Assembly (NCBI RefSeq): GCF_902652985.1
Contig: NC_047024.1
Location: 25,730,001 to 25,794,000 of the forward strand
Length of the DNA stretch: 64,000 nt
Source of the DNA: Pecten maximus
Lineage: Eukaryota
Direction: 5' to 3'
Positions within the stretch are counted from its first letter, which is position 1; every line of letters starts with the position of its first letter. Positions 10,091-24,092 of the stretch are shown here, one piece after another. Both the position numbers and the translations under genes were made by a program. The notes beneath the pieces were generated by a model, which made no database searches, was not told where the DNA came from, and was given only the letters and a program-made list of their open reading frames with translations.

Positions 10091-13000
10091 CCGTGCTGAA
10101 AACACGTAAGTTATTCATATGACATTTCAAGTAAATAATCAAGATAAATTCTAGTTTTCGTACGGGGCCATACATTCGTAGGATCAAGCTGCATTATCTT
10201 AAATTATTGTTCCTCGGTATAACTATACACATGTAATTCTGTATTTGTTCAAGTTTTTTTAAGAGTATATGGGAAGCCAACTTGACCTTTTAAAATGGTT
10301 CTTCAGTGTCGATCATGCATATATTTCGTACGAAAATTCATTTATAATTTAAGTAACAAGTATATACTTCTCAATTAATTAAAAAAAGGCAAAAAAAATA
10401 AGTTTCGCGAAACGTAAACATTTATTAGATTGATTTTATCATTAATTTATTAAATTCATTTCTTTCTGTAGGGCTGGAGCACGAGTAAAAGTCTCATTGT
10501 ATATTCCCGTTCCTACTTCCTCAGCAAATCTAATAGGTTTACTAATACTAGAAAACCTTACCTCTGTTGTTTTCTATCCCTATCCTCAAAGTTTCTTTTA
10601 TTTACCCTTCTACTTCCAAGTTGGCGGAATTCTAGTGTTTTGTTGCAACTTTTCGCAAAATTCAGCCAATCCAAGAATCAACGGCCAATGGACCCAGAAT
10701 TTAACTCAAGTATTTGTAGGGGGACACGGCTATCTTCTTCTTCTTTATCGTTTAGCTAGTTCCCGGGCCTTCAGCCATAGAAAAGAGTTGCCAATTGCAT
10801 TTGATTTGAATATACATTAGTATGCCACTTTGTATATCTAACCCCAAAATTTGTGTTCTACGTAAGTCTGATTTTAAACCCACTTCTCCAAACTCTTGCA
10901 TTTCATTTCAAACAATTTTATTGTCGGAACCAAAGGATTGGACCACCCACTGCCCAATTGTCTACCTTAACGGCATGCTACATAATTCGCAAAATTTCCT
11001 GTTATGTTTGCAAATATATACCTAATGTCTTTGTTGTTGTCTTGTGTTATTTTATTGGAAATATCCAAAATAGATCTTCTGCCCAAATTGCCACAATTGT
11101 CTTTTCACAGTGTACTAACTTTGAGGAGCAGTGCTATGATTTCGTCAATTCCAGGCCGGGTGTCTTGTCTGCGGTTTTTTTCCACTACAGTGGTAATTTC
11201 TTCCTAACTTATGATAAGATGATATTAAATTCATTATGCTCAAGACTTTGACATATTTGGATAGTTAGAGTGGAGGCCAGGTAACATCAGATGAAGATCC
11301 GAGGTACGTAGTTCGACGCTCCTTACCGTTTTAAAGTATCACTCCGTTTCTGCTCTTCATCTTTGCCATGTTGCGATAAGGTTCCTTTTGTACTTGTATT
11401 TGATGTTTTAATTGACCTAGTCCCACGTTCATCAATGTTAATTAAATTAAGGAAATCAGTGTGTGTGATGTGAAAAACCCATCTACCGGTATTCATAGAA
11501 ACAAGAAAAATCCATACATTAATCTTTAAACGTAAAGGATCACTTTTGACCATAAGCTTGTTCTGTGTAATAACAACAATATTAGGGAATCGGAGAGAAG
11601 ACACTTGGTGCCGGAGTGGCTATCTTTGCTGTTATTATTGAATCTATGATTTAGGTGATATGTGTTGTGACACTGGAAGCAGGGTATTTTCCTGCCATTC
11701 GTTATAATTCCAGGTACTCAGCTTGGTATCGTGAAGAAACTCAGCTAGCTGTTATGTGGTAGTATGTTATGTGGATGAGCACTACAACAGGTCATAATTG
11801 ACAGGATAATTTACTTGTAGGCGCGTTCTGTGTGTAAATTTAATATTTATTATTACTAGAATTGTTATTAATTAAGTAATTATTAGCGTTTTTGTAAAAA
11901 GATATAAATTTGCATCTTGTGGGTCCTATCAATATTGTTCCTGTGTACGAGGGAGTTATTTCCTTTCCTATCGAGCAGGAAATATAAGTTTCTGCATATA
12001 AAAAATATACATACAATTGAAATCAGGATCTGATTTTTTTATTACAAAAATCTTCTGAACACATATAAAGAGACATCACTCCAAATCTATGATTGAAGCA
12101 GACATCTGTACAAACAGTAATTCCATATTGTAGTAGTTCAATGCCTGGTACGCTTCAGGGCAAACTAATGTTAAACTTCCATCTGAAATATACTCAAACT
12201 TAATGACATTCGAACGTTAACTAGCATTCTTCAAGATTTTTTGACATTTGAGATGTTTTAGATTCAAAAAACACTAAACACCAAACAAGTAACCATGACG
12301 TGTTATTATATATATTAATAATATAACTATGGAAACGTCGTAGAATATTGATTTTTTTTTAAATTATCTTTGTTTCTGCTAACAATCAAAGAGAATGCTA
12401 AGAGTTCGCTATTGTGACACTTTCCTTAGAAAACAAGACGAACTTTTCCTGATATTTCTTTGATCTGGTAAATTTTGTCTCTCAGCATAATGCCCTTTAT
12501 GTCACTTAAATCGTTCAATTATATACTGAAAATGATTAAAGAGTTGTATACATCGTCCTGGGAAAAATCGATAATTTGTGGCTCATATTATATGAAAACA
12601 CCTAGATATCTATAGCCATCACAAAACTTTCGCCTATATCACTGAAAAAGCTTATTCCTATCATTTAGTCAGAAGTTAGAACATATTTAGGATAATCGAA
12701 TCAGCACATGTTTAACTAATATATTGTAACGATATTGATACATACATTTTTAAAGCTATTTGTATCACAGTTCAGCACATCACAAGCAACATATTGATGA
12801 CATTGACGAAATTATCAAACGTTTGTGGCAACAAGCGGAAGTGACGTAGGTGACAACAATCGATGCTGTATTGATATATACAAAAAAGATACCGTTATAC
12901 AATGACAAAGTAGGTACGCCAGAAGGATAATGATCCAAAGAATTCTGTACAAATGCTATATTTTTGCTTCATAACTTTGGTACCAACAGAGAAGGTTTCA

Positions 13001-13830
13001 AACACTGAAAACATATGTACAAAGTATGCTGATACATTATATCTAAGCATTAAAGCGCATTCTTTGGAAAGTTATTGTCCTAGTAGCATTGCAGAAAAAT
13101 TGAATTTCGCACGTTAGCGAGTTATGATTAACTTTGAGAAAAATAGAACAATAACTTCAAAAGAGGGCAGTTTGATACTTGTACTTACGTTTGTGTTATA
13201 AATTGATTTTTTACTTATGCTCTTTTTGTTCGTGAGGATATTACCTTTTAAGCACTACATCTCCATAAATTGTAATACTGGGTATTTTGCATTTATAAAG
13301 ACAGTTGGCACTTAAACCAACTGATGAAATGCACATCATCAAATAAGAAAGCTACAACGGCAAAATACTTCTGTTACAAAACATCAAACACAACCCAATA
13401 TAGTCACATATATGCAATTGTATCGACGCAATCTATTCCTCTCACCACGATTTTTTTCGTGAAGCTTTCGTGAACACACATAGTATATATTATATTTTGT
13501 GCTGTAGTCTACATCATTATTTTTACTGATTTTTCGGGAAAATCACCCATGAAAAATATTTTTTTTCGTGAATCTAATTTTCTAAATGTATCTTGTACAT
13601 TCAGTAGTTTCATATTCACATTTGTATAGATCTCTGGTTCCAATTGTAAAACTCTTTAAGGAGAAGATATTAAGTTGTTTATCGTAACATATCTGTTTGA
13701 TAACTTATTCGTTTGTCATGGATAAGTTGCTGGGAAACTAATACATTATAGGTATCACTGATGACGTATCTAGAATTCAGTGTTCTTAATATGATTGTAC
13801 GTGTTAAATGTGGTCATTATTTAAACCATA

Positions 13831-14343
13831 CGAGGGCTTATTGATAAGTTGTGAGCCTCGTATTGAAGGATTTGAATTTTGCCGGACATATTGCATTATT
13901 TTTCAACCTAATCCCCTTCAGTATCTATACACTTTTGCCTCAATGCCACTTTTATAGAACCCCTTCTCTTGGCTGCTCACAAAGTCATCCACTGCACGTT
14001 AGGGCTAGTGTTAGGGTTAGGGTTAAGTTGCCTGAAATAGCTGTTTTCAGTTTTGGAAACAGATGAAAGTTTCATGGAGCGATATCAGGTGAATAAAGTG
14101 AATGCTCAATCATTTTAAAGCCACAATCGTGAATGGTAGGCATGGCAATTACAGACTCTTTCACTCTATCCCTAACCCTAACCGATTTTGTCCATTTTGC
14201 AAAAGCCGCCTTTCTTGTTTACTTTAGAGTGCTACCTCGTCGATATAAACAAACCAAATGAGACCAGTCCTTGGGTCAGAGAATAGAAGGACTTGAAAAG
14301 AAAATTCTTGAGTACCTGCTCACAACTTATCAATCAGCCCTCG
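13831..14343 (-). mobile_element. Internally deleted mariner (Tc1/mariner) element
   Basis: TA TSDs, about 26-bp TIRs (cgagggcttattgataagttgtgagc / gctcacaacttatcaatcagccctcg), and transposase remnants HSLYSPDIAP*NFHLFPKLK (YSPDLAP motif) and KCIDTEGD*VEK*. Confidence 0.9.
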
Positions 14344-14609
14344 TAAAAAATAATCAGAAAAAAAACCAAACATATTTTCGTCTATACGACACAATGCTGC
14401 TAACAAGATAACAATCAAATACAAAATTGAGATTATTAAACGAAACAAAACATTTACAACATATGACTTCATAATTATGACGTCGACAATACATATTATG
14501 CAACAAGAAACCTATTCCTAAATCACAGTCATACAAGATCAACAAATGCTCAAAATATGTTTAGAAAATATAAATTCATTTTTCAGACATGTAAAGGGCA
14601 GGTAACCAC

Positions 14610-14684
14610 TCATACTGGTTGCACTCTAAGCCAGATTCCATTTTCTGCACGTGCGAATCCGCCTTTTGACAGTTTCGGAGGAGC
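14610..14684 (-). CDS. P450 exon 14 (APPKLSKGGFARAENGIWLRVQPV*)
   Basis: tttttag acceptor, phase 0, TGA stop at 14612-14610. Confidence 0.85.
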   Translation of the reverse strand, partial: APPKLSKGGFARAENGIWLRVQPV

Positions 14685-17600
14685 CTAAAAAGAAATCATA
14701 GTTTTAAATTGGCTACGGTCATGAACCGAAAGTCATCATAAAAATCATAAGGAAAGAAGTAGTTAAAATGTTTATTATCACAGTATAGTCTTACACTTGA
14801 TATCTGAATACGTCATTTATAAACAGAAGTGATAGAAATAATAAATGTTTTCAATATAACAAAAAGTTTTTGTACAAATGCTATTATAGATTATAATGCA
14901 AAATGTATATTTTGATTTTACTAGAAATGTTTGAATGTATATGTACTTGATTTTCTTTTGAAATAATACAAAAAATAATGATCAGAACCAAAATTACAAA
15001 GGATACTTTAATGCATATTTCTATTTGGTCTGTTGTCCTAAATCCTGTCATAGTACACTTTTTTCGTTATATTCTTAAGATTGTGAATATGGACAGTGGT
15101 TCTCTTGTCACCATCCTAGCCTCATTTTATATTGTGACCAAACCTTGATTTGACCTAGATTTGTATTTCGGGTGTCGTCGTGACCTAGATTTGTATTTCG
15201 AGTGTCGTCGCTGAAGAAGACGCTTACTCTTCCGGAACATATGGTCTCCAACTGTTTGAAGAGTTTCCATGCAAATCCATAATTTTCTTTTTAGTTTGCC
15301 CACGTTTAATTGATTTTGAGATTGAATGATGGTTTCGTTATTATGTCTGTATTCTCGCTTGTTGTCATATCATGATAACACTAGTTCTCTACACTACATT
15401 TTCAAACGCATGAACCTATCTGTTTTCTGATATATTGATGAATGATTTATACTGAATTATTATGATTTAAGTCTAGTACATGGAGTGTAGGTATCAAACT
15501 TTTTCCATTGCCATTCATTACAAACCATTGGAACGCTTTCTAGGAAATGCGAAGGGCAAAAAATTACTGGTTTTTTTTTTCATTTTCATAATAGTAGACA
15601 CCATTTTTTTTTTTAAAAAGAATGACTTCAGATGAAAAAAAAAAAGAAGAAAATTAATAACTTGAAAAAATCGATACAAATATAGAAACCCATCAAAGTG
15701 GATAGTTCATACGGCATCAGGTAGTGTCCTCGGTTTAGAATATATCAGATTATCTATCCCAGTCGGGAGATACTTCGGAAGACTTCATACTGTTACGGAA
15801 CATGTGTGGAAAAATCTGCCTTAAAACCCATTTACAAATTTTCGTTTCAATATTTATATGTCACTTGTTTCGTGAGGATTCCCGTCATAGTTAGGCAAAA
15901 TTCACTGTTGTTTCATGATAGGTTCGTTTCAATTGCAACATATCGGCCATTTTAGCTCGAAATTAGCATCGGTGTTGATATTAGATTTCGTTCAAGGAAC
16001 ACGACTTCGCTCCCCTCCCTTATTTGTTTTCATTTTATTTTACCACACTGTGACGTTTACCTCTGTCTCTGGTGCCGATTGAAATCTGAAGTTTTTCAGA
16101 AGGTGAACTATGGCCAGTTTGATTTCAAAAATAGCCAACTTAGAAGCAAAGCATTGTCTTGGCCCGGCGCCAAATGGAATATAGGAGTGTGTAGGTCTGC
16201 TGGCTACTTGTTCAGGGGAAAATCTGTAATAAACAAGAAATAATATGAGGAGACAGTTTAATCATCAACTGAACAATGTAGATAATTGTAGAAAAGACAT
16301 ATGACTCAAGACGAAATGTACAGCGAGCTACACTTTAGAGAAATTACGAATGAGGATTCTGGCAGCACAGGAGATAAACTTTTAAAGCATTGTTTACCTC
16401 GGTTATGTTTGTAAAGAATGCTGTGCGGAAAACCGAGTCTCGTGGTTGCGAGTGACGAGTCGGTGATTACAAATGTGTGGAATATTTGTATACATGAAAA
16501 ATCCGTAAATGTCTTTCAGCAAAAATCTTACCATGTTCGCATATCACTACTTTCACATTTTGAGGCATCTATCTACATCTAAATAGTATTGGCCTCCTTC
16601 GTCAAGCTAAAGAGTATGTCAAGATGAGTGTGAATAAATGCTTAAAGGGTAAAGAAAAGATGACATGGCTAAGTAAACAGAGCAGATGGCTGACTTGAAG
16701 GCTAAAGTTGAGGGAATTAATGTAATATCCGGTAGTAGGAAGTTCCAATTGATGATGGTTCTTGGAAAGAATGAAACTTCACATGTATGAGTTCTACATG
16801 AGAGAGTTTGATATATATGCTGGTGTGGTTGTCTTGTGAGGCAGGTTGGAGGGACTAGGAGCTCCTTTCTATTGTTGATTTCATTGAATGTTATTTTGTG
16901 TAGCATGGTTAGTCTCAAATCTTTCTTTTGAAGTTCCGGAAGTTCCGGGAGTGCCAGTTTTGGTGCTGTAGCATGTCACCAACACTGGAGGTGTTTCTGT
17001 GCTTGTTGGTGACAAATCTGGCTGCTCTCCTTCGAATCATTTCTACCTTGTGCATGGCTGACATGTCTGAGGTAACATACTCTATGAAGATTCGGTCCAA
17101 ATATTGCTAACTTATATATTGCATGTATGTCATATTCTCCTAATTGTGGACGTATAAGAAATAACGACGTCTAATGTTACAAATTGAGACGTAAACTCAG
17201 GTCATGGAAAGGACCATTTTCAAATACTAGACATTTGTTAATACTGCAATGGTACCACAAGTTATAATTTAAGTTATTTTAAAGAAACTGTTGGCCTTCT
17301 ACTATATTCAGAAGCTAAAAATCTGGTCTCCTTAGCATTTTCAAAAAGATATATTTTCTTATGTACATTTGTAATGGGAGTGTATTTTACCTTTCCGGAT
17401 CGAATTTGTGTGGCTCTATCCAAACTTCCGGATCTCTGTGGACAGCAAAAATGGGAACTGAAACGTCCATATTATGTGGAATATGTCGACCACACACTGT
17501 CACATCGGACGACGCTCGTCTGTTGAATCTATAACAACAATGGAAAGAAATCAAATGTATCCAGAAATTAAATTGAAAACTTCTATAACGTTAGATATAT

Positions 17601-20600
17601 CATTAATATAAAACGTCGGATTATTTATAAATGTCAGTATCTTTATTTTGGAATTCGATCAGTTGTATAATGTGTACAGAATAAGTGGTATGGAGTGTTA
17701 AGGATTTAAATTTAACTTAACACCACTGTATGATATCGGCTTCTGATTATAAAATAATTTTAGTGTCAAGTGAAAATTAAAATGTTCATTTTACAGTTTA
17801 AGCTAGCAAATGTATTCATATATATACACGCATGCATGATTCTAGTTTGAAATATCAATTGACAATCAAATGCTGTAGATTTCCCCCAAATTTTTCGGGG
17901 CTAATATTTCGCGACCTTTTTTGGAATTTAGGACTATTGCACAGGGATTAATTTAGCAAAGCTCACAGCCTTGTCAGTTTTTTTCAGTATGCAGGTGAAC
18001 ACATTTATGTATTTACCTTCAAATATAAACAAAAACGTTATCTGATTTTTCACTTCGCGGATTCTTTAATAACCCCAAGCATAGCGAAATTGAATGCCTC
18101 ACGAATATTACCAACTATACAGTACATTGTATAATTAATTCACCAGATTTGTTAAGTAGAACTTTAAATGTAAATGAACTTTGATTTGTCAACATATATA
18201 TTTACTCTATATACATATGACATTAGTTTCTGCTCTAGTGCATTCGATCACGTAATCGGTCTGTTATTCAATGGATTAGTCCATGTAGTATGTTTTACAT
18301 ATGTTACAAGTGTAAAATACTCTGGAGAGTTTTTCGTTGGTAGCGCCAATCAGAAATCGATTGTGACGTCATAACATAGAAAATGACGTGACGTCAGGAA
18401 TTGTGATGGTGCAACAAAATCGTGACTCCATTTGATTACGCCCTCAACATTTTTAGTTAAAACTCAGTAAAAATGTATGTTTTTTGAATAATGTGAAAAC
18501 TCTTTAATTTGTTTTCATTTCATATGAGATTTCATGAAACTTGTCTCGAAGTCGAGGTTTTACTATGTGTTCGCCCAGGCTGGCAACATTTTAAAAAAGG
18601 AACAACAAAACTTCTAAGGCTCGTTTCACATAAAATCTCGAATGAATTGAAATGCAATCTCGTTTAGAATATACATGTATATAAACGTACCTCAACATCG
18701 GGGGAAACAGTCGAAGTGTCTCACATATGACTTTATCTAAATATGGTAAATCCATTATGTTCTCGTAACAAATATTCCCCTGCAAAGAAAAGATAACACA
18801 TTTCGTCATTAAATTTAAATATGGAAGCATTAAAGATGTATATCCCTGCTTAATTGATGGTCGATTGTATCTCAATCTTCACGTTAGTTTATTAACATAT
18901 ATCCTTTTAATGTACGGCTACATGCACTTCATTTCTTATCAAAGATGAATGTCAGTGATCATTTTAAAAATATAGATTTTAGCAAATTTAAAGGTTTATA
19001 GGGCAATGGTGAAGATATAGAATGATGGCTAACGTCCTGATTGATAGAAAGATGTGCATATTTTCTTTATGTGTTGACTATTACTGTGCAATAATACAAA
19101 TACAGGAACAAATTGGATATGAACTATGACACTTTAACCATAGAGGATTTACGTAAGAAACTATTTGATCTTCCATATGTAAATTTGTTTTAAGTCATAG
19201 AATATACGATATCCGCGTGGAAATATATGTCCAGTTTTCAATGGATTCAAAAACACATTACATTGCCTTTTTTCGCTATTTTAATCGTTATTAAGGAAAT
19301 ATTGATGATAGTTTATGCCTTTTCGTTATAATCGTTCCGATAATAATTAACTAATGAATTTCAACATACAAAAACCGCATTTTCCCGTAAAATTCAAGGT
19401 AAAAGAAAATGTCATAATTTTTTCATCACACATTGTATAGTTATATCACTAAAACAGACGACCCTTTCCTGAATGCACGCGCCATACTCGACAGTTTAAA
19501 GGATCGTTCATAATGTGTATTATTTGATATCAGTTAACGATATGATTATGACCAGGATACAAATTGATGATCCACCATATGATATCAAATTAATACACTC
19601 TCCTCATCGGAATTTGATTTGTCTAGATTGGTGTGAGATATGACTGTGTACACGTCATAGGAAATCCTTATATGACTAAATGGAACGTGACACAGCATAA
19701 TTCAAACATAGTTGTATATCAATTAATCGGCGAGGCTGACTCCACCGAGTAAAAACGTTAATGTCTAGTTTTGAACGAGCATAGTTATGACAGCTTGTAT
19801 ATGGAAATACTGGGTTTTATGTAAATATAGATATGTTTCATATTATAATTAATACTCAATAATACAGACATTTGTATTTTTCAGCAAAACACATAAGAAT
19901 TGCAAGAAAGCTATATTACAAAGCTGTGGTTAATAACATTGGCTTGGTGGGTAGAGAACTCTCCATTGCAATAAAACCGTGCTTCTTGTGGTAAGAGAGT
20001 TTTAGTAAACATTGGCATAACTCGCAGGACTCCATTCCATTCTAAACGAAAAGCTTATGTCGGGTATCACAATACTGTTTCAGTGTTACTGTGTATCTGT
20101 TTGAAATATTTGAAACGTTCATGCATCACTGATTCCTACCGTTTTAATGTTGTTTTGTATCTCGTGTATAAGACGTTCCTGGCAGTCAGTGTTGGTGGCG
20201 AGGTTGTAAACAACGAAAGCTAAAGCATTCGCGGTAGTTTCGTACCCAGCCATTATAAAGAAAATGATGTTCGCTGTGATTTCCTCTTCTGTAAGGCCTG
20301 CAAAAATGTTATATAAAATATATTTGTATATGTAATTTTATATCTATCATTATAATGGGGTTACTGTATTTTTTGTTTTATTCGTGGGTTATTTGCTTTC
20401 GCAGTATTCGCGGTCATTAAATATATCGTGAAAATAAATATCCATCGAATACTCCTATATACAAACAAAGGTTTAGAAGTGTTTATCACATAATATTTAC
20501 AAGAGGGAGTTGTGCGAAATTTAATACCCGCGAACTAGGTCCGACTCGGACAACCGAGAAATATAAGCCGCGTGAAATTTAACAACTTAACAGCATAAAA

Positions 20601-23600
20601 ATAAGCACCTAAAACAAGGTAACTTATGTCAAATGATGAATAAACAGGCGTCTATCTCAAAATGATTATATAAAATACGTACAAGGTTAGTTAAAAGAAA
20701 TACGATAAATTTCATATTCATAATATATTTCCAAATCATATGATGGTATTATGACGTCACAAAGACAAAAACACCTGGTTTGTTTTGTAATGTATTCAAT
20801 AAACAATACCTCTTTCCTTGTTCTCAGCGGTATTGTTGTTGTCGTTGTCATTTCTTTCTGTCATAAACTTTAGTAGATCAGCCTGAATCTGGAAGTTAGA
20901 TATCAACCCATTTTATTGTATATATATATATATATGTGTGTGTGTGTTTGCTATATTGTTTCGTGTAGATGGCATAACACCTGTGTTATAACGAAGATAC
21001 AAAGAGATGTGATCAATTATCACATGTTGTCCTCATTATCGATATTATTTCTTGATCATGTCTCCACTTATATCCTCATTTTGATTTCGTAACATAACAT
21101 GACCCCGGGTTTGATCTAGACTAACATTGACCTAGCTTAACATTGACCTAGATTAACATGGCGGGTGCCGTTGACGAAGCAGAACAAGCTTTGATATTAC
21201 CCTTCCAAAACACACATTTTTATTTTCCTTATGTCCTCACCAGGTTGCCATGTAAAGCTATCTCTTTTTTTATTTTGCACGTCCCCATCAACCGTTTGAC
21301 ATTTCTTTTTACCTATTTCGTGTTTTTTGACGCCTCCTACCACCACTCTAGACCCTAAGCATCAATGACGACTCCTGGAAGGACGAAACAGTTGTATGTT
21401 GAAGTTTAATATATTTTGGCTCTGCTGTGTCCAACACTCATTGTGTTTTTAAAGCTGCTAATATCTTGCGTGTCTTTTGTACAACCTTTCCAACTCCTTG
21501 ATTATTACATGTAACTACCTTAATTCTCTCATTAGAAGAGGTTTAATAATTTACTTCATACACATCAGACGATTTAACTTGTTCGGAATATCCCTTTAGA
21601 TTACGAAACTGCCATTTGTGGCGCATTGAAAAAAATCGCAACCGTACAAAGATCTCGCGAGAACCGAGACCTGCAGGAAGGAAAATTTTCGGGAGAATTC
21701 CAATGACACCGTTTCTCTCAAAATTGTGGACCTGTTGCCTTTCTTATCGATTTTGAATCAGATTTACAATTTTGTTTACATGGAAGTGGTTTCTCTGGTA
21801 CATGATCATTTTATACATATAAGTCTATATTTCCCTGTTTTACTATAAATCTGCTTCTGCTAAATAGACAGTTACCAGAGATTGTATCTAGATGTTGTAT
21901 CCAGAGAATCTCATTAAAGAGTCGACCATTTAAAGGCTGGCCAATCACAATAAAGCGATTGCGTCGTCATACGTACCGGTAAATCTGATTGGTTGATTCT
22001 GTTTCTGGTAATTCTGGTGAAAAAATCGATGATATCTTTAGAACAGGGTGACACGTTGAAAAAATTTAAAACCTTTCTCATCGGTGGACACAATGCTGTG
22101 GATATAAAGAGAATTAATTCGGACGTTAGAGAAATAAAAGAACGGTTTATTCGTATGTCATATTTAAACTGATTTACCAATCATTGTTAACAGACGCTAT
22201 ACTATCGGTTTAGTATAAATGTTTAAGCTTATGACTAGAAAATCGAAAAAGAGGAATAAATAAATAAATAGATTTAAAAAGATTATAAATATTGATAATT
22301 TTCATAATTTCGTTTTAAATATAATTTTATATCCGTTTATATCATGTCTTCATGAATTGTTGCGAATATTGCGAATAATAATCAGGTGGTAATACAAACA
22401 CATCAAATCTGAAAGCCTGTGATGTCATCTTATGACGTCTCAGTACGATATATTACATGAGACCATACGTGAAATGGCTGTACTGAAGAAGAGGGAAGTC
22501 ATGTTTTGTCTGTTTGAATGAGGTTTTAACCTCGCACGCACCGGTCATATATGGGGACGAAGGCCATTAAGAAATCAACAAAACAAAAAAACAAAAATAA
22601 AGAACAAGGGGGAAGAAATTAACCGAAATGGACATAAAGTCGAATGGATTCAATAGGGCAGCAGATCTTTGGTCTCTTCAATGTCCCTTAAACAGAAGTC
22701 ATTGAAGAAAATCCCGATTCAACAGAGACACCGATATTAGGCGCCTCATTCGATAAACATGCAGTTGGGTACTCTAGATAATATTCTTTATATATTAATA
22801 TATTATTAAACAGAAGACATTGGCGACCTGCGATCCACCAAGGTGGATATTACATTTAGTCGCCTCTTACACTATGCAGTGAGATAGAGCAGGCATATTC
22901 TTTCTCCGCTCCTGTCTGTATGCGTAGGTGATCATGTTGAAAAGTGTATCTTCTTTAATCCCCCTATTACACTTATGGCTTCGACTCAATATATACACTC
23001 CCTACAAGTCTACACTCCCTACATGCTGAATTAAATGTACACATATGCATATATAAAGATCATATCAATAGATGATGTTTGCAAATTGTACAGAATTTAT
23101 ATGACGCGGAACGATTTCGTGCAGTCAGCTGACTCAATATACAGGACATGATTGTGTTTTGTATAACTTTCAGTCATTCAAGTTTGTATGTGAACATTAA
23201 AATTTATAGATGATTTTGTGTAACTTATATCAGCCCTCGCGTGTACCAATCGTCAAAAATGTCTATACCCTATCAGTACAACCATAAACAATGTATTAGT
23301 CAAAATGGTACATATTGGAGAATTATAATACATGTATATACTTATATTAGTATCAGCTTTTGAGTCTGGAGGAATACCCTGTGCCCAGTTTCCTCCAACT
23401 CTTTAGCTGTCACGTGGTTGAAGTTTTTGGCCATCATTCGCCATTTACTTGTAAGTAGTGAATAAATCTTTGTTTTTTGTTCAGAGTGTTTCGATCTGAT
23501 AAACTTATTTAATAATAAATATGACATACATACCACAAATTCCGCCAAGTTTAATAGAACCTTCGTTTCCTGTCTTCCATGCACAGAGAGACTGTTTAAT

Positions 23601-24057
23601 GAATATGTTTTCCGGGTCTTTTGCTGAGTTGACTTTCTGACCAAGAATACCCTTCATTAGAATATCCATTGACAAGTGACTGCAGTGTCTAAAATGGAAA
23701 ACAATTACATATACAAATGTACTGCAATATTCCCCTTGTATTTTATTGATTACATTTTCACATCTATCTGCAGTATACGATACCTATTCAAAAGACAAAA
23801 CAACTTTCACTCAAACTCTCTCACTTCTTTATACTGAACTGATCCTTTATAGACTGAGTGAACCAATAGTTTTGTTTATTAAGTAATACGAGAATTCAGC
23901 TGGACTTCGCCATCTCAAAATCGTTTGGCTCGGCAGAAGGGTATGAAGCCTCTACATTACAATATCCATACTAAAAGTGAGCCTTAGCTTTTATATTAAA
24001 TGGGTTTTGTATCCTCCAAATGCAAAATTGAAAAGGCAATCTACATGTTCCCTTAAT

Positions 24058-24092
<35 letters not shown>

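Noticed and set aside
13998-14183. True telomere or chromosome fusion site
   Set aside because: Only 2-4 degenerate TTAGGG units, located inside a mariner remnant.
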